From NCBI RefSeq assembly GCF_033153115.1, contig NW_026889758.1, positions 43,896,001-43,960,000 on the forward strand: a DNA stretch of 64,000 bases, read 5' to 3'. This stretch comes from Saccostrea echinata. Its lineage: Eukaryota. Under the pieces are notes generated by a model. That model was given only the letters and a program-made list of their open reading frames with translations. It did not search any database and had not been told where the DNA came from. The position numbers and the translations under genes were made by a program. Of this stretch, positions 50,499 through 64,000 are shown in pieces. How positions within the stretch are numbered: position 1 is the stretch's first letter; the number at the start of each line of letters is the position of its first letter.

Positions 50499-53453
50499 GT
50501 AAGTGAACAATTCCTACTTCTTATTCAGTAAAAGCGTTTCTAATTTACGTTATATATATATTTGTTATTGGAAACAGTATAGGTATTAAATTATTGTGTG
50601 TGTGTGGCCGGGGGGGGGGGGGGGTACATATGTATAGCCTTGGGGGGGATTATCTTTAATGAAAATTTACATAGTAAAATATATATAACTTTCTCCAAAA
50701 GAGTGAAGGATGACCCCCCCCCCCTCCCATGCCTACACACACACAACCCCAACCTATGGGCTTGTAAAAAGCTAGGATGGTGTGAAGGGGAAGAAGAAAA
50801 GGTTAGGAAAGAATCCTTGGTGAAAAATCTGGCAAAAGAATATTTTACATTTATAATGCAACGAATAATTTTTTTTATCTCTCATTTGTTTTTATTTTAT
50901 TTATAAATAATTCAATGTTGAGACTAGCTGTTGAACTATTAAAGTAATATCACATGTTATATTAGTTATCAATCTGAGGAATAAATTTTATTTTATTTTT
51001 TTCTTAATTTTATTTCTTTTTCCTTTTTTGGAAAACGTAACATACATGTATGTTACCATAGATGTGGACCCCTTTACTACTTTCAATGTTGGCAAGTTCA
51101 TGTTAAGATAAGTGGGCAAGTACAAAGTACAATATAAATTTTTCACCTTTCAAATTTCCACTAATAAAAAAATGAACTTATTTCATCCCTTTTTGGTAAA
51201 ATAATCATAGCAATTGACAAACATTTTAATCAAAACACAGGAATCTCTTCAATCCATGCAGTTTTCTGTGAATGATGACCTATTGCTCCGAGACTAGTTC
51301 ACTAAAAATTGTCATATTAATGAAATATGCATTTTTCTCCAGGTCCTCATACTGAGCTGGAGTTTTGCTTACTCTGCAAAAGTTATAATGGAGGGAATGA
51401 CTCTCCTTTGACATAAGATATCAAAATCACAACTTATAAAGTATAGTTTACTCTCATAATTCAAAGCAAACTAATATTTTAATTCAGTTCATCCTAGATT
51501 GGACAGATGAACACTAGGGGTTCCACCCCATGCAGACACTTACCAATTTGCGTTCACAATTACATATGTTTATTTTGCTTATGCAGATGGGTCGTATGGC
51601 TTAAAGTTATTCAATAAAGAAAGAAAGTATATTTAAAGAAAAAAATATTTCAACCCATTATCTCAAAATTGGTGAAAATACAAGGCTGGATTATAAATTT
51701 ATTAATTATTTGAGGCTTCGCCGCCTCGGGAAATAGTTTCCTCCCTCGGGGAACCATAAATTTGCTATTTCCCTCATACCCATTCCATAACTGTATACTA
51801 TTGAATGAAATTATTGCACTTGGAGGTAATTTGATGATCATGTTTGAAAAAAAGTATCATCATGATATCATAAGTCTTTTTTATGAACATAATTTGTAAT
51901 GAGATTCAATAAGGTCTTATATATGGTTCTTTTTTGCCAGCAATACCTTTGAAAAGGCCATTAAAATCAGCTGATTGGCCCATGATTTTATTGAAAGCAT
52001 TGGATATTAATTTGGGTTTCTCCATCTGTCTGTCAGTCTATCTGTTATACTTAAGAAATAAGGTATTGTTTTGAATTTTTTATCATAATGTAAAATATGG
52101 ATCAAATCCCTTATGGTAGATTTGATCATATACCAACCCAAATTTTCATCATGATATAAATTTTAAAATGATACCTTATTACTTATTTTTACATGCTGGA
52201 CCGATTTATAACAATTGTTTGCACACTTTAGTTTTAAATCCATGAAATGATTTATTTTTTCAAACTTCAATGGTATAAATTGAATGTGTGAACAAGTTGA
52301 CTGCTTATGACATCACTGTAAAATTATGTCAATCCTTTATGACAATGAATTTATGGTCATAATTGACAAACCTATTTGTATACAGAATTAAGTACTGTAA
52401 ACATATTACACATAAATAAGAACATTAAAAATGTGCTAATTCAAATCTGTGCTAAATTGTTCAAAAATCAATTTCCGCTAAATATCATACATGCTAAATA
52501 TAATACTTTTACAGTACGTCTTCTTCAAATAGTATTATATAAAGGAAAACATTTGCAATTGTACATGTATATATACGTATATAACTATATATACATATAT
52601 AATACCTGAATTTCTAAATGATATCCCTAAGAGCCTTCTTAAACCAGCTTTAATGTGAAATTTAAATAATTACCTATGACTTACAAAAGATTCTTTTTGA
52701 TATTGAAGTCAAAGTAAGCTCAGAATTGTGTGTGTTTTAATTTGCAGGGTAAATGGTCAGCTTGGATTCCAGCAGAGGGTGAGAGTGCCACCATCAACGA
52801 TTTGGGAGGAGGATCAAATTGAAGACAAAAGATGGTAAAACTTCAGTCTTGATATTCACTACACATGCTAAAGGAGTCACTTATATAAATGCAAATAACA
52901 ATCTTCACCGAGACTCTAATTCGAATAAATGAAGTGCTTTGTGAAATTATTATTTTAATCTTTGAATTTAATCTTAAATTAGGTTATAAAGTAAGAAAAG
53001 GCTTCAAGCAGAAGAAATCTTAATTTATTGAACATCTTGTTGATTAGGAAAGCAAAATATACAACTTACAAAGTTAGAATATATTGAATGCATAATTTGT
53101 GATTAGCATTTCTTGTAGTTAATATCTTTTCTTTTTCTTTTCATGTGTGCAACCCTAGAAGCACTCAGAAATGGACCTATAACTTGTGCGTTAAGTCCAG
53201 TAGCAGGTTGGCAATGGTAGACAGACTTTTGCCTTAGGCCATTGCTCATTTGGTTAAGCTGGCAGTGCAGGAATTCATCTCAGGATCATGTGTTTTGTTG
53301 GGTGATGAGGAGTTCCTTTCATACCCTCAGATTATTGCCAATCTTTATCAGATTTCCTTATCCTGACATTTACAATCCAGAGAGAACTTAATTAGTTAAT
53401 GTTTACATTTTAAAAGCATGTTTGAAGTACCGGTAATTTTTAGCATTCATATG

Positions 53454-54338
53454 TTTTAGCTCATCTGAACCAAAGGGTGAAGTGTCAGCTAGCCTTTCTG
53501 ATTGAAATCTGTCCTTTGTTGTCAATGTATTATATCTTTTCACATATTTGAACTGTTTTCCAGAAACGTCAATTTTCAACCAAACTTGGCACAAGGCATC
53601 CTTGAGTAAAGGAAATTCAGTTTCTTCAATTAGAGGACTATACCTTCTTGGAAGCAGCGATAATCAAGAAAAAGCAAAAATTCGGGGAGAGGGGTGGTCT
53701 TAAGGCATGGCTGTCCTCATCGTATATTGAAAATGCATTAAATTTTTGAAAATCTTATTCTCTTTTCTGTAGGCATTTGCCAGGCAAATCAATTGAAAAG
53801 TTGTAATGATCAAGGGTGTTGTTACCACATATGTAAAATTCATAACCACAGGGTCAGGGTTTCTGCTGCCTTGGAAATGCACAATTGATTATGTAGGGTA
53901 TTTTCACTCAACTTTGAGAGAAGTTAGTCCCCTTTGATTATTCAACAACGATAATGAAAAACTTGGGTGACCACTAAGGTCCTTTGGCTTTTTGTTTTTT
54001 GTCAAATTATGGATCCTTGGATAAGGTTGAGGCTAAAATAGTGTATGAAATGAAATAACATTTTTAAAACATTCTTTTCTACAATAAGGTCAATTTAGTT
54101 ACATGTATATTGATAATGTACATATCCAGTATGTACAATGTAGTTTGATAATGAAGTCCTTCCATTTTGAGTGAATTTAAATTTAGTTTAATTATAATCC
54201 CTCGGGGCCAAGGTAGGGTCACCATATTGGGTAAAAATTTTTTTATGGGAATAAGGAGGAATTTTTTTTTTAAAAAGTTCTTCAGAAGAACAGGGCTAAT
54301 ATGACTTTGTGAGAGTTATGGCCCATGGGCGTCCTTTT
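53454..54338 (+). mobile_element. Degenerate HINE-like element
   Basis: ttttagctcatctgaacc...ttttcaaccaaacttggcaca...ggcccatgggc pattern of decayed satellite-bearing element. Confidence 0.45.
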
Positions 54339-55501
54339 TTCCCTTTTTATTTTGGTTTGTTATTTTAGCACTTTTGGTGCATGCATAAAGGTTCTTTATT
54401 GAAAAAAAAAAAGAAAAAATGTTTTTTAACTATTTTAAATGATGAAGCCCAGACAGCTAGTACTCTTGAAAGTTACCTTATAATGTAGTTTAACCTGCTT
54501 CATAAGATGTGAATTAAAAAAACAACATGTACTACATAAATTTACAAAATTATTTAATTATTAATTTATACAATTATTATCAATACATGTATGTACATAA
54601 ATTTACAAAATCATTTAATTATTAATTTACATAATTATTATCAATATCTTTCAAAAGATTCTGATTCATTTTTTTTTTTTACCTCATCCAATATCTGAGA
54701 ACATTTTTTACCCATTTTTCCTATTAAAGCAAATAAGAATGTAATATCTGGGTTAGTCAAATATTTATATCTCATGTGTTATGACATGCCCATGCCTGTA
54801 CATAGATCATTCAAAAAACTTTGTTTAGTTAACATTTATTGTCTATAATTTGAAAATCTTATTGAATAAAATGATATAATAGGCAGACACTTTTATAAAC
54901 AAATGCAGGATAAACTAAATACATGTGCATATTTGTATGAGTGTAAAGAATATCACTAGTACAATTGTCACCTTTATTTTAAGAATAAAACATTTTAAAG
55001 TTTGATTTCATATGTCTTTTTATTCAGCATGTACATGTATGTTGTCATAATAAAAATATTATGAAATTAAATTATGATTATTCTGAGTTATTTTTATATA
55101 CTGCTTATACAAATGTTTGGCTCAATGTTTACTGTTTAATATTTGAACAATTCACATAAAGATTAAAATATGTGAAAGCCTGGGACTTCTTCTTGTAAAT
55201 TTTTCAAACATGAGTTTTTATTATAATTCTGTAGTACACGTAATATAAAAGTTAATATTAAAATAGTGTTACACAGTTTTTATCTGTATTCTTGTAAATT
55301 TATTTACAGTACTTTTCATTTTTACAAAACAAACATGCATAAACACATGCAAACAAATACACCTACACATGGCAAAAATAAAATACATTTACCATGATGC
55401 TTGCAAAGTATAAATTTGTTTGTTCAAAATGAAAAGATGACAACCTACAATATTTATTTGAGAGGTACTAAATAAAATGTATTTGCAAATTCAGATTGTT
55501 T

Positions 55502-55991
55502 AGAGGACGACCATATATTTGAAAGGGGGGGGGGGGGCTGCTAGTTTTTTGAAACATATGGTTACCGTAATGTTGGAAATAGATAATTTTTCCCCAGCTG
55601 GCAAGAATTTTTTTTCATTGCCTGCTGGTAACACCCCCCCCCCCCCCGACAACCACCACTACCAAACTACACCCCCCCCCCCCCCACACACACACAAAAG
55701 AGAGTTGTGGAGTAAGTCTGTTTTTTTTTAATTATCTATCTAATATTTATTTCATATATATAATTATTTTTTTTATTGCCTGTTGGTACCCCTCCCCCAA
55801 ATAGAGTTGTGGAGTAAGGCTGTTTTTTTTTCCTTTTCTTCTTATTATTATTTGCTTCTTTAACTGTTAAACATAAATAATTCGTCCCTAAATATCTTGG
55901 AAATAAACAATCTTCTAGTTTGAAAATAAATAAATAATCTAAACACCCCGCTACGCTACCCCCCCCCCCCCGAATTAAACTATCGTCCTCT
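55502..55991. mobile_element. Small MITE nested in the MULE-like element
   Basis: agaggacga...G-run versus C-run...tcgtcctct. Confidence 0.5.
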
Positions 55992-56431
55992 TAAAATGTA
56001 GAGTTGACTCAGTTAGGAGTATGCATTATTTTAAATAATAAAATACTTTTTTGAGTTATTTCAGCATAACTGTTACGAAAAAAAGTTTTATATATCGGAA
56101 ATAGTTGAGTTACTCCGGAATATACTATTTTAGAGTGAAAATTCGGCGCATGCGCTTTGCGATTTCCGGAGTGAATCTCACCCGTCCCCGAGAAAAATCC
56201 CAAATTTTAGCACTAGCACTGGTTCTCTGCCCTTGATTCCAGTCGCTTGCGCCCGTTAACCAATGTCAGGGTACCAGTCTACGCCAAATTCAACTAAAAA
56301 CATTGCTAATTGTAACTCAATCATTGTTACTTTGTATCACAATCATAAACTAGGATTCCTACAGTGATCCTTAAACTTTTTTAAAGCCATATCCAGAATA
56401 ATGAAGTAAGAACAAAGGCTTCTTTTTGAAG

Positions 56432-57124
56432 ATGTCAGAATCTTCAGTGAAATGTAAGATACTTTTTCTCGTTGATGGGAATCAAGGCGGTTGTGCACAA
56501 GACGTGAAAAATGAAGCAAAAGTTTTGGCTAACAGAGTAACTCTTTCAGCATTTCGAATCTTGACTGCTTTAAACGAAAGAGTCACGAGTAAAACGAACT
56601 TAAAAAGAGGTAACAAAACACAACACTTGAAATGGAGTTACAAAATTTATAATTCTTCAAAATACACATTGAAAAGACTTGTGAACCCTTTCAAAGAATT
56701 CAAAACCAGGTACTTCGAAGAATTTGAAAATGAAGTTGAGAGAAATATCGAAACAGCAATACAGGATATTCAGTCAGATATTGACACTGTAGGACACATA
56801 CATGGAAAACAATACCCAGCAAACATACTAAATAAGGTTCTAAATGAAATTGTTCTGGATTATCAGTGGGAGGATCCAGATATTTTCTCACCAGTTAAAA
56901 GTAGGAGAAAGAGTGTTAAAAATGAAAATCATAGCAAAACAGAAAATTTTGTGTTTTTATTTGCAAACAGCCCTAAAAACCCAGTAGGATTAAGACAGTT
57001 TTCAGGAAAAGTTGTACTCGATGATGAGATCTTTCTGGATTCTTTCATGCCGCCAGACTTAATAAGTACATTTTCTCACAATATCAGGCTCTCAATGAAC
57101 TGGATAGACACTGATGTTTCCTTT
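56432..57124 (+). CDS. TICRR: TICRR coding exon 1
   Basis: 231 codons from ATG to GTAAGT donor; Treslin N-terminal domain. Confidence 0.9.
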
Positions 57125-60100
57125 GTAAGTATACTTCAGTTAAAGTTTTATAAGTTAAACTTATTTGTTAATTGGATTATATTGGATTGAAGCATTTTGA
57201 ATTTAAAGTAGTTACCAGTTCACATTTGTATATCTCAATTTTGAATATTTGTGCAGCTTGATGTAAACCCAGTGAGTGTCCAGTTTGTGGAATCTGCCAT
57301 CCATAAACTTTATGGAAGCCTTATACCAGTGGAAACATTGGTTCAGTCAAATAGACAGTGCATTGGTAATATTTTCTCGAATCTAAAACCAAAACCAGTT
57401 GAAGGTGTTCTACACACCTGGAAAGATTCATCAGCTGTCATGGGACTTGTTTCCTACACCTCTGTGATAGAATATCATCTGCAACATCAGTCCAAGTTAG
57501 GAGCTGAGACTATTGACTCCTCCACTATCAAGTGTAATCTCACATCGAGTGGTATGAACCATGATATCATCATACTTTGCATATGTCATGAAAAAAAAAT
57601 ATTAATAGCAATTATAATTAGGTACAGTATGAATCATACAAAATTTATTGACTGATAATTGTTTTGTTTTTTTTTTTTTTAAATGACAGTTTTATATAAT
57701 TTATTATAAGGTTTAACTTTTTAAAAATGAAATAATTTGGTATAGTTTATGATAAGGTGATGAGTATGTATGTTTATCAATGACATACTTTTTTGACAGA
57801 TGACTCACTGATGTGCCAATTCAGTATTTCCCCTGCACAGACTTCAACACTTAATGCAAGGTGACTGAGCATATAGTAAAGTTTGTTGATAGTCAGCACT
57901 ATGATGCTAAACCATAAAACAATTTTTACATTTTCTTTGAAAAAAAAATACAAAAAATTCATATACCCAGTAAAATCAATTAAGCGCTAATAACAGTCTT
58001 TCCATGCTGAAACCATATTTCAAATGAGATGTCTTTTAGATCCATTAAATAAAATTTTGGTGTAGCATTCCTCCGTAAATTACACTGTATATTATTTCTG
58101 TTTCATTTCCTTTAACCCCTATCTTAAAAGAATGAACATTGCCATTCTATAAAATTCAAATACTCAACTTTTTATATCCAATGTTTATCATGTAAGAGAT
58201 TTAATTCAGTTCTGAAAAAAAAATTCAGATTATATTTTGTTCTTTTACAGTGGTAGGTCACCAAAGAGACACAAAAGAAGCCATGCAAAAGACAAGTTAA
58301 AGGCTCAGGAAAAATATTCAGTGTTACCTCTTAATGATAACAGCATAACTCTAAGGTATAGTAAGTCTGCAGAGAGGCAGTTGTCCTGTGATGATGTTTA
58401 CATTAATGAAAGCCAATTGTAATCTTAGTTTACAAGAAGCTTCAGAATGCAATGAATTAAACAAAATGATTACGACTTCTGCTAAAATATGGAGTAATAC
58501 AATGTATTTAAAGAAAGGTAATCTTTGAATCAATTTTACTGAATACTGATATCTTTAAATTTCCTCTGCTTTTTGCTTGTATGTACATATTTATGCGTAA
58601 TACACTGATAAGTACACATCTACATTACATTGATGAATAGCTCAAGTTGAATAAAGCAAAGCTTTATAGCATGAGGTCATGTAAGAATCCACAATTCGAC
58701 TTCTGATAGTAGAATAATTCTTTGATATGAGAATTGGAACAAAACATACAATACAAAGTTGTAAATAATGCCATTAATATATGTACCAGTATAATTTAAA
58801 AAAGAAAAAAATGTGTTTAAGATGAACTGAAGTATTTATAATAGAGTGATTTAAAATGTATACTGAAAATGAAATGCAAAAGAAACACAACATCCTATTT
58901 TAGGGGGAAATATTATATATAGGATATAATTTTGTATCTAAAAAGTAAGGACATCTTCAACTTTGTAAATATCCGTTATTTAACGGTTGAATGATTTTCA
59001 TACCATTACCGGAAGTTAAGTTTTAGTCCGCGTAACAGAAATCAAAAATTGCATGTTTAACAAAACATTTGGCAATAATATGGGGTTTTAAGTGTTTGTA
59101 TCTGTTCATCATAAGTAATGCAGCAATATTCCGAAAAAATAAATTTTCATTTCTTTTCCGTAAGCAATGCCAAGGCTTCCTGAAAATGACTTAAGTACGC
59201 ATTTCCATTGCAAGATAGCTGGAAAATCTCAAAGTAAAGGTGATGGAGAGTTGCAGATGAAAATATGCACTACATCACGCCTCAAGAGGCTCTTACGTTT
59301 CATTAGCATGAATGACAGTCCTTGGACCGAAAGTCCAAGGGTTACTACACTGCACTAGGCTAGAGAAAATTCGACCTTATCATCTGAAAAATGGGCATTT
59401 AAAAATGACAAAGAATATTTCTTCACTCAGATCTCGAGATTGATGAACCTCGCAGAAATCAAGCTGCAATTGTTGTGCATGGCAGTCTTGCATGCTGTTA
59501 TTGAATGGTCTGGGTGGGGGTGTTTTAACAGTCACGTGTTACTTTCTCAAGTTAAAAGATAATCATTTAACATTTTTATCAAATCTCTGATGTTTTTATA
59601 TCGAGTTTTACCTTACTGTATTCATTTTTGAAAATCATTAGATAAAGAATTCAAACATTTGTAGATTACTGCTTGTTGCATTTCTTTTGCGTTTCAGTAT
59701 ATATTTTCTTATTCCTACAAGTTGAAATGATGTATGTGTGCTNNNNNNNNNNNNNNNNNNNNNNNNNNNNNNNNNNNNNNNNNNNNNNNNNNNNNNNNNN
59801 NNNNNNNNNNNNNNNNNNNNNNNNNNNNNNNNNNNNNNNNNNNNNNNNNNNNNNNNNNNNNNNNNNNNNNNNNNNNNNNNNATAAAATCATATTGTTTAG
59901 ATATCCTCTATGTAATACTGTAAATAATTTAGCTTACAGTTACCATATCCATGAGTATTTATTTGTTCATGTATATACAGTCAAACCTTGTTGTCTCAAC
60001 ATGCTCAAACTCGATGGGACTGAGGAAAAAATTCGAGATATCCGAGGATTCGAGTTAACCAGGGTAAAATACTTAAGAAATAAACACTTGGGACTTCAAA

Positions 60101-63100
60101 ATCACTTCGACATATCCATGGTATTCCAGATATGGTGTTGGAGATACCGAAGTTCAGCTGTATTTTGTATATGCTCTGTCAGGGCTCGACATTAACTTTT
60201 TTTCCTACTTGTCCATTCGGACAAGTGACCAAGACATTTATTTGTCCGAACTTCAACTTCACTTGTCAGAAAATGTTTCAATAAAGATCTAATACCGTCA
60301 ACTTGAAAACTAAAATAAAGTCCGTTACACATGACATGTGCTTGATTGACTTGTGATGTTGTTGATAAATACAACAAACACATAAAACGAAATTTTATCT
60401 AGGCTTTCTGTTCTGACAACAACAAAAATGTCCACAAGTGAACTTGTCAACATCAAACAGAATCCAAATTTCATTAAGTTCGTAAGATCCATGCCTTTTC
60501 AGTAGTATGCAATTAGTGAACTTTGATCCCGATCGCATGTGAACTCAATTAATAGCGATCCCTATCGGGATCGAAGTCCGGTTTTTTATGTACAGCTTCT
60601 TGAAACTACTGATTAACTTTCAACAGTCGTTCTTTTTATTATTTAGAGACTCCTTTACATTAATATGCACTTGTCCAATCGGACAAGTTCCCAGCAATAT
60701 TCACTTGTCCGTAATTTTTTTTCACTGGTACCGGACAAGCGTTAATGTTGAGCCCTGTCTGTTTACTCCTTCTGAATCTTTACTCACCAGTTATGAAACA
60801 CTAGCACATATCTGAAAAAGAGTATGTCAGCAGAGCAACTGCTATTTATATGCTATGTTAATTGAATAACATTTGATATTTCTTTAAGGTATTTGCAGCA
60901 ACTAATTGAAGTCAAATAATGTGTCGCTTGCTTACTGGTATGATAATCTAGCAATGTATATAATTATATACATGTACTTGTCTATGCAAATCAATAATGA
61001 GACAATAAAATCTGTTGGTTTTTTTTTTGATTGTATGTAGGATGTATGGAGTTCTCCCTTTAAGAGATACTGAATTTATTAAGTACAAATATGGAGAAGA
61101 TTTCATCTGTTGTGAGGATGATACAGATATGGAGAGTGTTTGTCTGGTGCCATTTGAGGACTTAATAAGGAAGCTAATAGCATCCACACAAGTTCTGGTT
61201 TGTAATGTAATCTTTCTAATGTGGAAGTTTGAGTTTAAAATCAAATTTCAGATAAAGAATAAGAAAAATTTACCAAAACCTTTGATATCAATAGGTAATA
61301 CTTGTTAATACTAATACAAAGGTGTGTCATAGCCTTGAACAAAAGTTTTTCAAAGTAGGGGTGGTAAATTTTCCAAAGGCACCTGTAGTAAAGTGAAGTT
61401 TAATGCAATGAATTCTTTTTTATATCTTTCTGAAAGAGAAAGTATTTTTTTGTCTTCTTACAATTCACTCAAAACCTGCATGACAAAAATGTTAACATAA
61501 TGATAATCAAATGCAAAGTGGGTTCACCCATAATAATATTTTTTATTAAAGGCTGTTTTAGAATACATCTTTTACAATGAACCCAAATTTAAAATTTTAT
61601 TGCAGGTTTATTGTGGAACCAGAAAAACAAATTCTTTGTCATCTACAGTTTATTAATTGAATGGTTCTTCCCCCCCCCCCCCCCCCCCCCCAAATAAACA
61701 CACAAGAAAAAAAAAAACCTGTTACAAGTGGTACAAAATTTACATCGTATCCTGTAATGGTGACATTACTTCCTTTTGTGAAATGATGAGGGTTGTCCAT
61801 TAAGTCTGTAGACAAATGCTACAATTTCTCAATAATGACCACAATGCCAAATGTGTACAATAATATTTTAATAAAGACCATGATTTAGTAAATGTATGAA
61901 AATTATAACAATGCACACTATTTTACGAATGTTATAGGAATGAATACTTTGTTACAGTAAATGCAAGCTTCACAGCCCTAACATTAAGCTAGTTTCATGA
62001 TAGCATCAAAAATATAGATTTAGAGTTTATATCACATGTTTGTTGACACAGCTCTTTTTTCTTAATTATGCCATACTTCCAAGTGTGTACAATAAAATTT
62101 ATATATAGATCGTAATTGAGTAAATTTTTAAAATTCAAAACAATATACTATAATTTTCGAGTGCAGTCAGTATAAACACTTTGTATACACAGGGCTAAGT
62201 TCAAAGTTGAGCTAGATTCATAACAATGTCATGAATGGGGATATTCTTTTTTCATCAAAAACAGTGTTTTTTCACTTCTTGCAGTGTCTTTCACAGTGTT
62301 TTCCCTTTATTTCAAAGTAAAAGGTTAGAGATCAATTGTAACAGGCTTTGGGTTGAAGTTTATGACAAATCTCTGTGGACCTTACAAGAGTCTAATTTCG
62401 ATTTTTTTAATTTGATATATATATATTTTTTATTTCGAAGCAGCATTTTTATCAATTGAAGCGGTCAATTTGGACGGTAACCGGTTCTTAAGTTAAACAC
62501 TGCTCTCAAATTGCGCACACCATTGAAAAACCATATATACCAATTGCAAATCAATGAACTTGATATAATTATATTCCAGTAATTTCCAGTTGTTAGAATA
62601 ATTATTTTGTCTCTGCATTGTTTCAACCATATTAAAACATAATTTTGTGAATAGACTGTCAAATTTAGAAACATATTCTTGCGTTTTTTCTTAATATCTT
62701 CACTATCTGTCCAACGACAGACACTAATGATATCAGAAAATGATGACAGCTGCTTTATTTGCGACACATATAATTTTTATTAAGCTTTGAATTGTTTTAT
62801 GAAGAAAATAATCATTTGAATCCAAAAACTTTATTTCAAAGTATATAGCATTTAACCCTGGACCCTGTGCGCACTATCTTCGACCTGTAAAGACCGTGAT
62901 TTTTACAAAAATTTTAAGTTAAACAATCAAAACCAAACTATTTTTACATGGATTTTCCTAACAAATATTTTGTTATACAGTAATTATAAGTACAGTCAAA
63001 CCTTGTTATCTTGAACCTGATGGGATCGAAAAAATACTTCGAGATATCCAAGGGTTTGAGATATCCAGGGTAAAAAAATAAGAAATAAGCAATTGGTTCT

Positions 63101-63546
63101 TCCAAATCACTTCAACATATCCATGGTATTCGAGATATCAGTGTTCGAGATACCGAAGTTCAACTGTATATCTAGGTTATTCAGTTTGATAAAAACGTCA
63201 TTGTCCACAAACTTTATGGACAACCCTTGTACAACAGTGTGTTCTCTTGCTTACAATGTAATATACTTTCTAGATATGTGAACATGTATGATTTATTAAC
63301 CATTTCAGATTTTAGTGACAAAGAGCACCCCTGTCTTATTTGTCCTGCGACCTTTGACTCCCACATCAGCTACGCTGAGTTCACTTTGCCTTAGTGAATC
63401 CCTGGATGTGGAAAAAAAGCTATTGTGTTCAGAATCCTCACCTAAAAAGAAAACTAAAGTTGTGAAGGAAAAACCATGGGATCAGTTGATATCTAGAGCA
63501 GTTCAACATAGCAGCAAATGTGCTAGCACCTCCACTGATCAGAAAA
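56432..63546 (+). CDS. TICRR: Treslin (TopBP1-interacting checkpoint and replication regulator), 5' part; gene continues past the window
   Basis: N-terminal Treslin motifs ILFLVD, WSYKIYNS, FEEFENE, LDYQWEDPDIFSPVK, NFVFLF, WIDT. Phase-consistent exons 56432-57124, 57257-57551, 57800-57860, 58251-58355, 61041-61197, 63309-~63546 (last donor uncertain). Confidence 0.85.
57257..57551 (+). CDS. TICRR: TICRR coding exon 2
   Basis: AG/GT bounded, in phase; AIHKLYGSLIPVETL. Confidence 0.8.
57800..57860 (+). CDS. TICRR: TICRR small exon 3
   Basis: 61 nt, bridges phase 1 to phase 2. Confidence 0.6.
58251..58355 (+). CDS. TICRR: TICRR exon 4
   Basis: GRSPKRHKRSHAKDK...ITL, phase 2-2. Confidence 0.65.
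59743..59881. other. Assembly gap
   Basis: Run of N. Confidence 1.
59978..60160. mobile_element. TA-flanked MITE (Tc1/mariner-pogo type)
   Basis: ta-cagtcaaacctt...aagttcagctg-ta; a second copy lies at 62993-63166. Confidence 0.75.
60180..60757. mobile_element. MITE with 17-bp TIR
   Basis: cagggctcgacattaac / gttaatgttgagccctg, tctgt on both flanks, repeated cttgtcc/ggacaag subterminal motifs. Confidence 0.8.
61041..61197 (+). CDS. TICRR: TICRR exon 5
   Basis: MYGVLPLRDTEF...PFEDLIRKLIASTQVL, phase 2-0. Confidence 0.7.
62993..63166. mobile_element. TA-flanked MITE, same family as 59978-60160
   Basis: ta-cagtcaaacctt...aagttcaactg-ta. Confidence 0.75.
63309..63546 (+). CDS. TICRR: TICRR exon 6 (3' end approximate)
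   Basis: ILVTKSTPVLFVLRPLTPTSATLSSL..., phase 0 acceptor catttcAG. Confidence 0.65.
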
Positions 63547-64000
63547 GTAAAAAAAATTATATAAAGACTCTGCACTGTATTCACATGTACATGTATATAG
63601 TATTTGTTATCTAAAAAGTAGGAAACATTGCGTACAGGATTAAACCCAGAAACTGATGAAAAGTTGAGAACAGTGTTTTCAAAAAGAAAAAAATCGTTTG
63701 ACAAATTTTTTTAACAAGTTGCTAATATTCACAAACATTAACCATAAAAAAATTCTCTAAACTACATGAATCTTAAAATAGGTATAAATGAAGGAATATT
63801 AGGTTACTCAAAAAGCTGCTACATTTTTTATAATGGAAATGCATGTTTTTCATTGTCAGATTTTGCTTTTGAATGTTAGACTTTGCTTTGAAATGAAAGA
63901 TTTTGCTTTGAAATGTTAGGTTTTGCAGTCTGTTTAAATTTTTAGCTTTTGTTTTACATAGACAGACAGTGCTTTGATCCCAATGTTCTGGGGAGGACAC

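Larger units (their letters stand above)
50338..56199. mobile_element. Putative non-autonomous Mutator-like element (MULE)
   Basis: ~60-bp imperfect TIRs (core gggacgggtgagattcactccggaa...cgcatgcgc), G...C termini and 9-bp direct repeat ccaaatttt at 50329-50337 and 56200-56208. Confidence 0.7.

Noticed and set aside
54532-54646. Short local tandem duplications (also near 35810 and 42780)
   Set aside because: Ordinary slippage-type duplications in AT-rich DNA.
59673-60195. ORFs spanning N runs (also 37826-38149)
   Set aside because: Artefacts of assembly gaps.
60889-60937. Possible extra TICRR exon (AG...GT bounded), and another acceptor at 61606
   Set aside because: Stops in all three frames (60889) or in the required frame (61606); the flanking exons already join in phase.

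Overview
AT-rich animal genomic DNA with spliceosomal introns and two assembly gaps. The Helentron/HINE-type satellite-bearing elements and MITEs suggest a bivalve such as an oyster; this is an inference. Contents from left to right: (1) An apparently intact, very recent 12.2 kb Ty3/gypsy-type element (1514-13670) inserted in the tandem array of a HINE-like element. It encodes gag, an in-frame UAG-separated pol (PR-RT-RH-IN-chromodomain) and a class I fusion-type env. (2) A nine-coding-exon glucosylceramide synthase (UGCG)-like gene on the minus strand (30361 to 17193, 408 aa) with altered conserved residues and three HINE-like satellite elements in its introns. (3) A repeat-rich stretch of MITEs and a 51-bp minisatellite. 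(4) A probable 5.9 kb Mutator-like element with a 9-bp TSD inserted in a CpG-rich promoter. (5) The 5' exons of Treslin/TICRR. The most unusual signals are in the retroelement LTR. An exact 75-bp internal duplication brackets a GT-AG intron, suggesting a splice-gated LTR whose intron is regenerated at each round of reverse transcription. A 52-bp terminal hairpin occurs in opposite (flip/flop) orientations in the two otherwise identical LTRs. The U5 end is a non-canonical hairpin, and the PBS matches no obvious tRNA but is partly complementary to the LTR itself. All coordinates and alignments were read by eye; no database searches were run.
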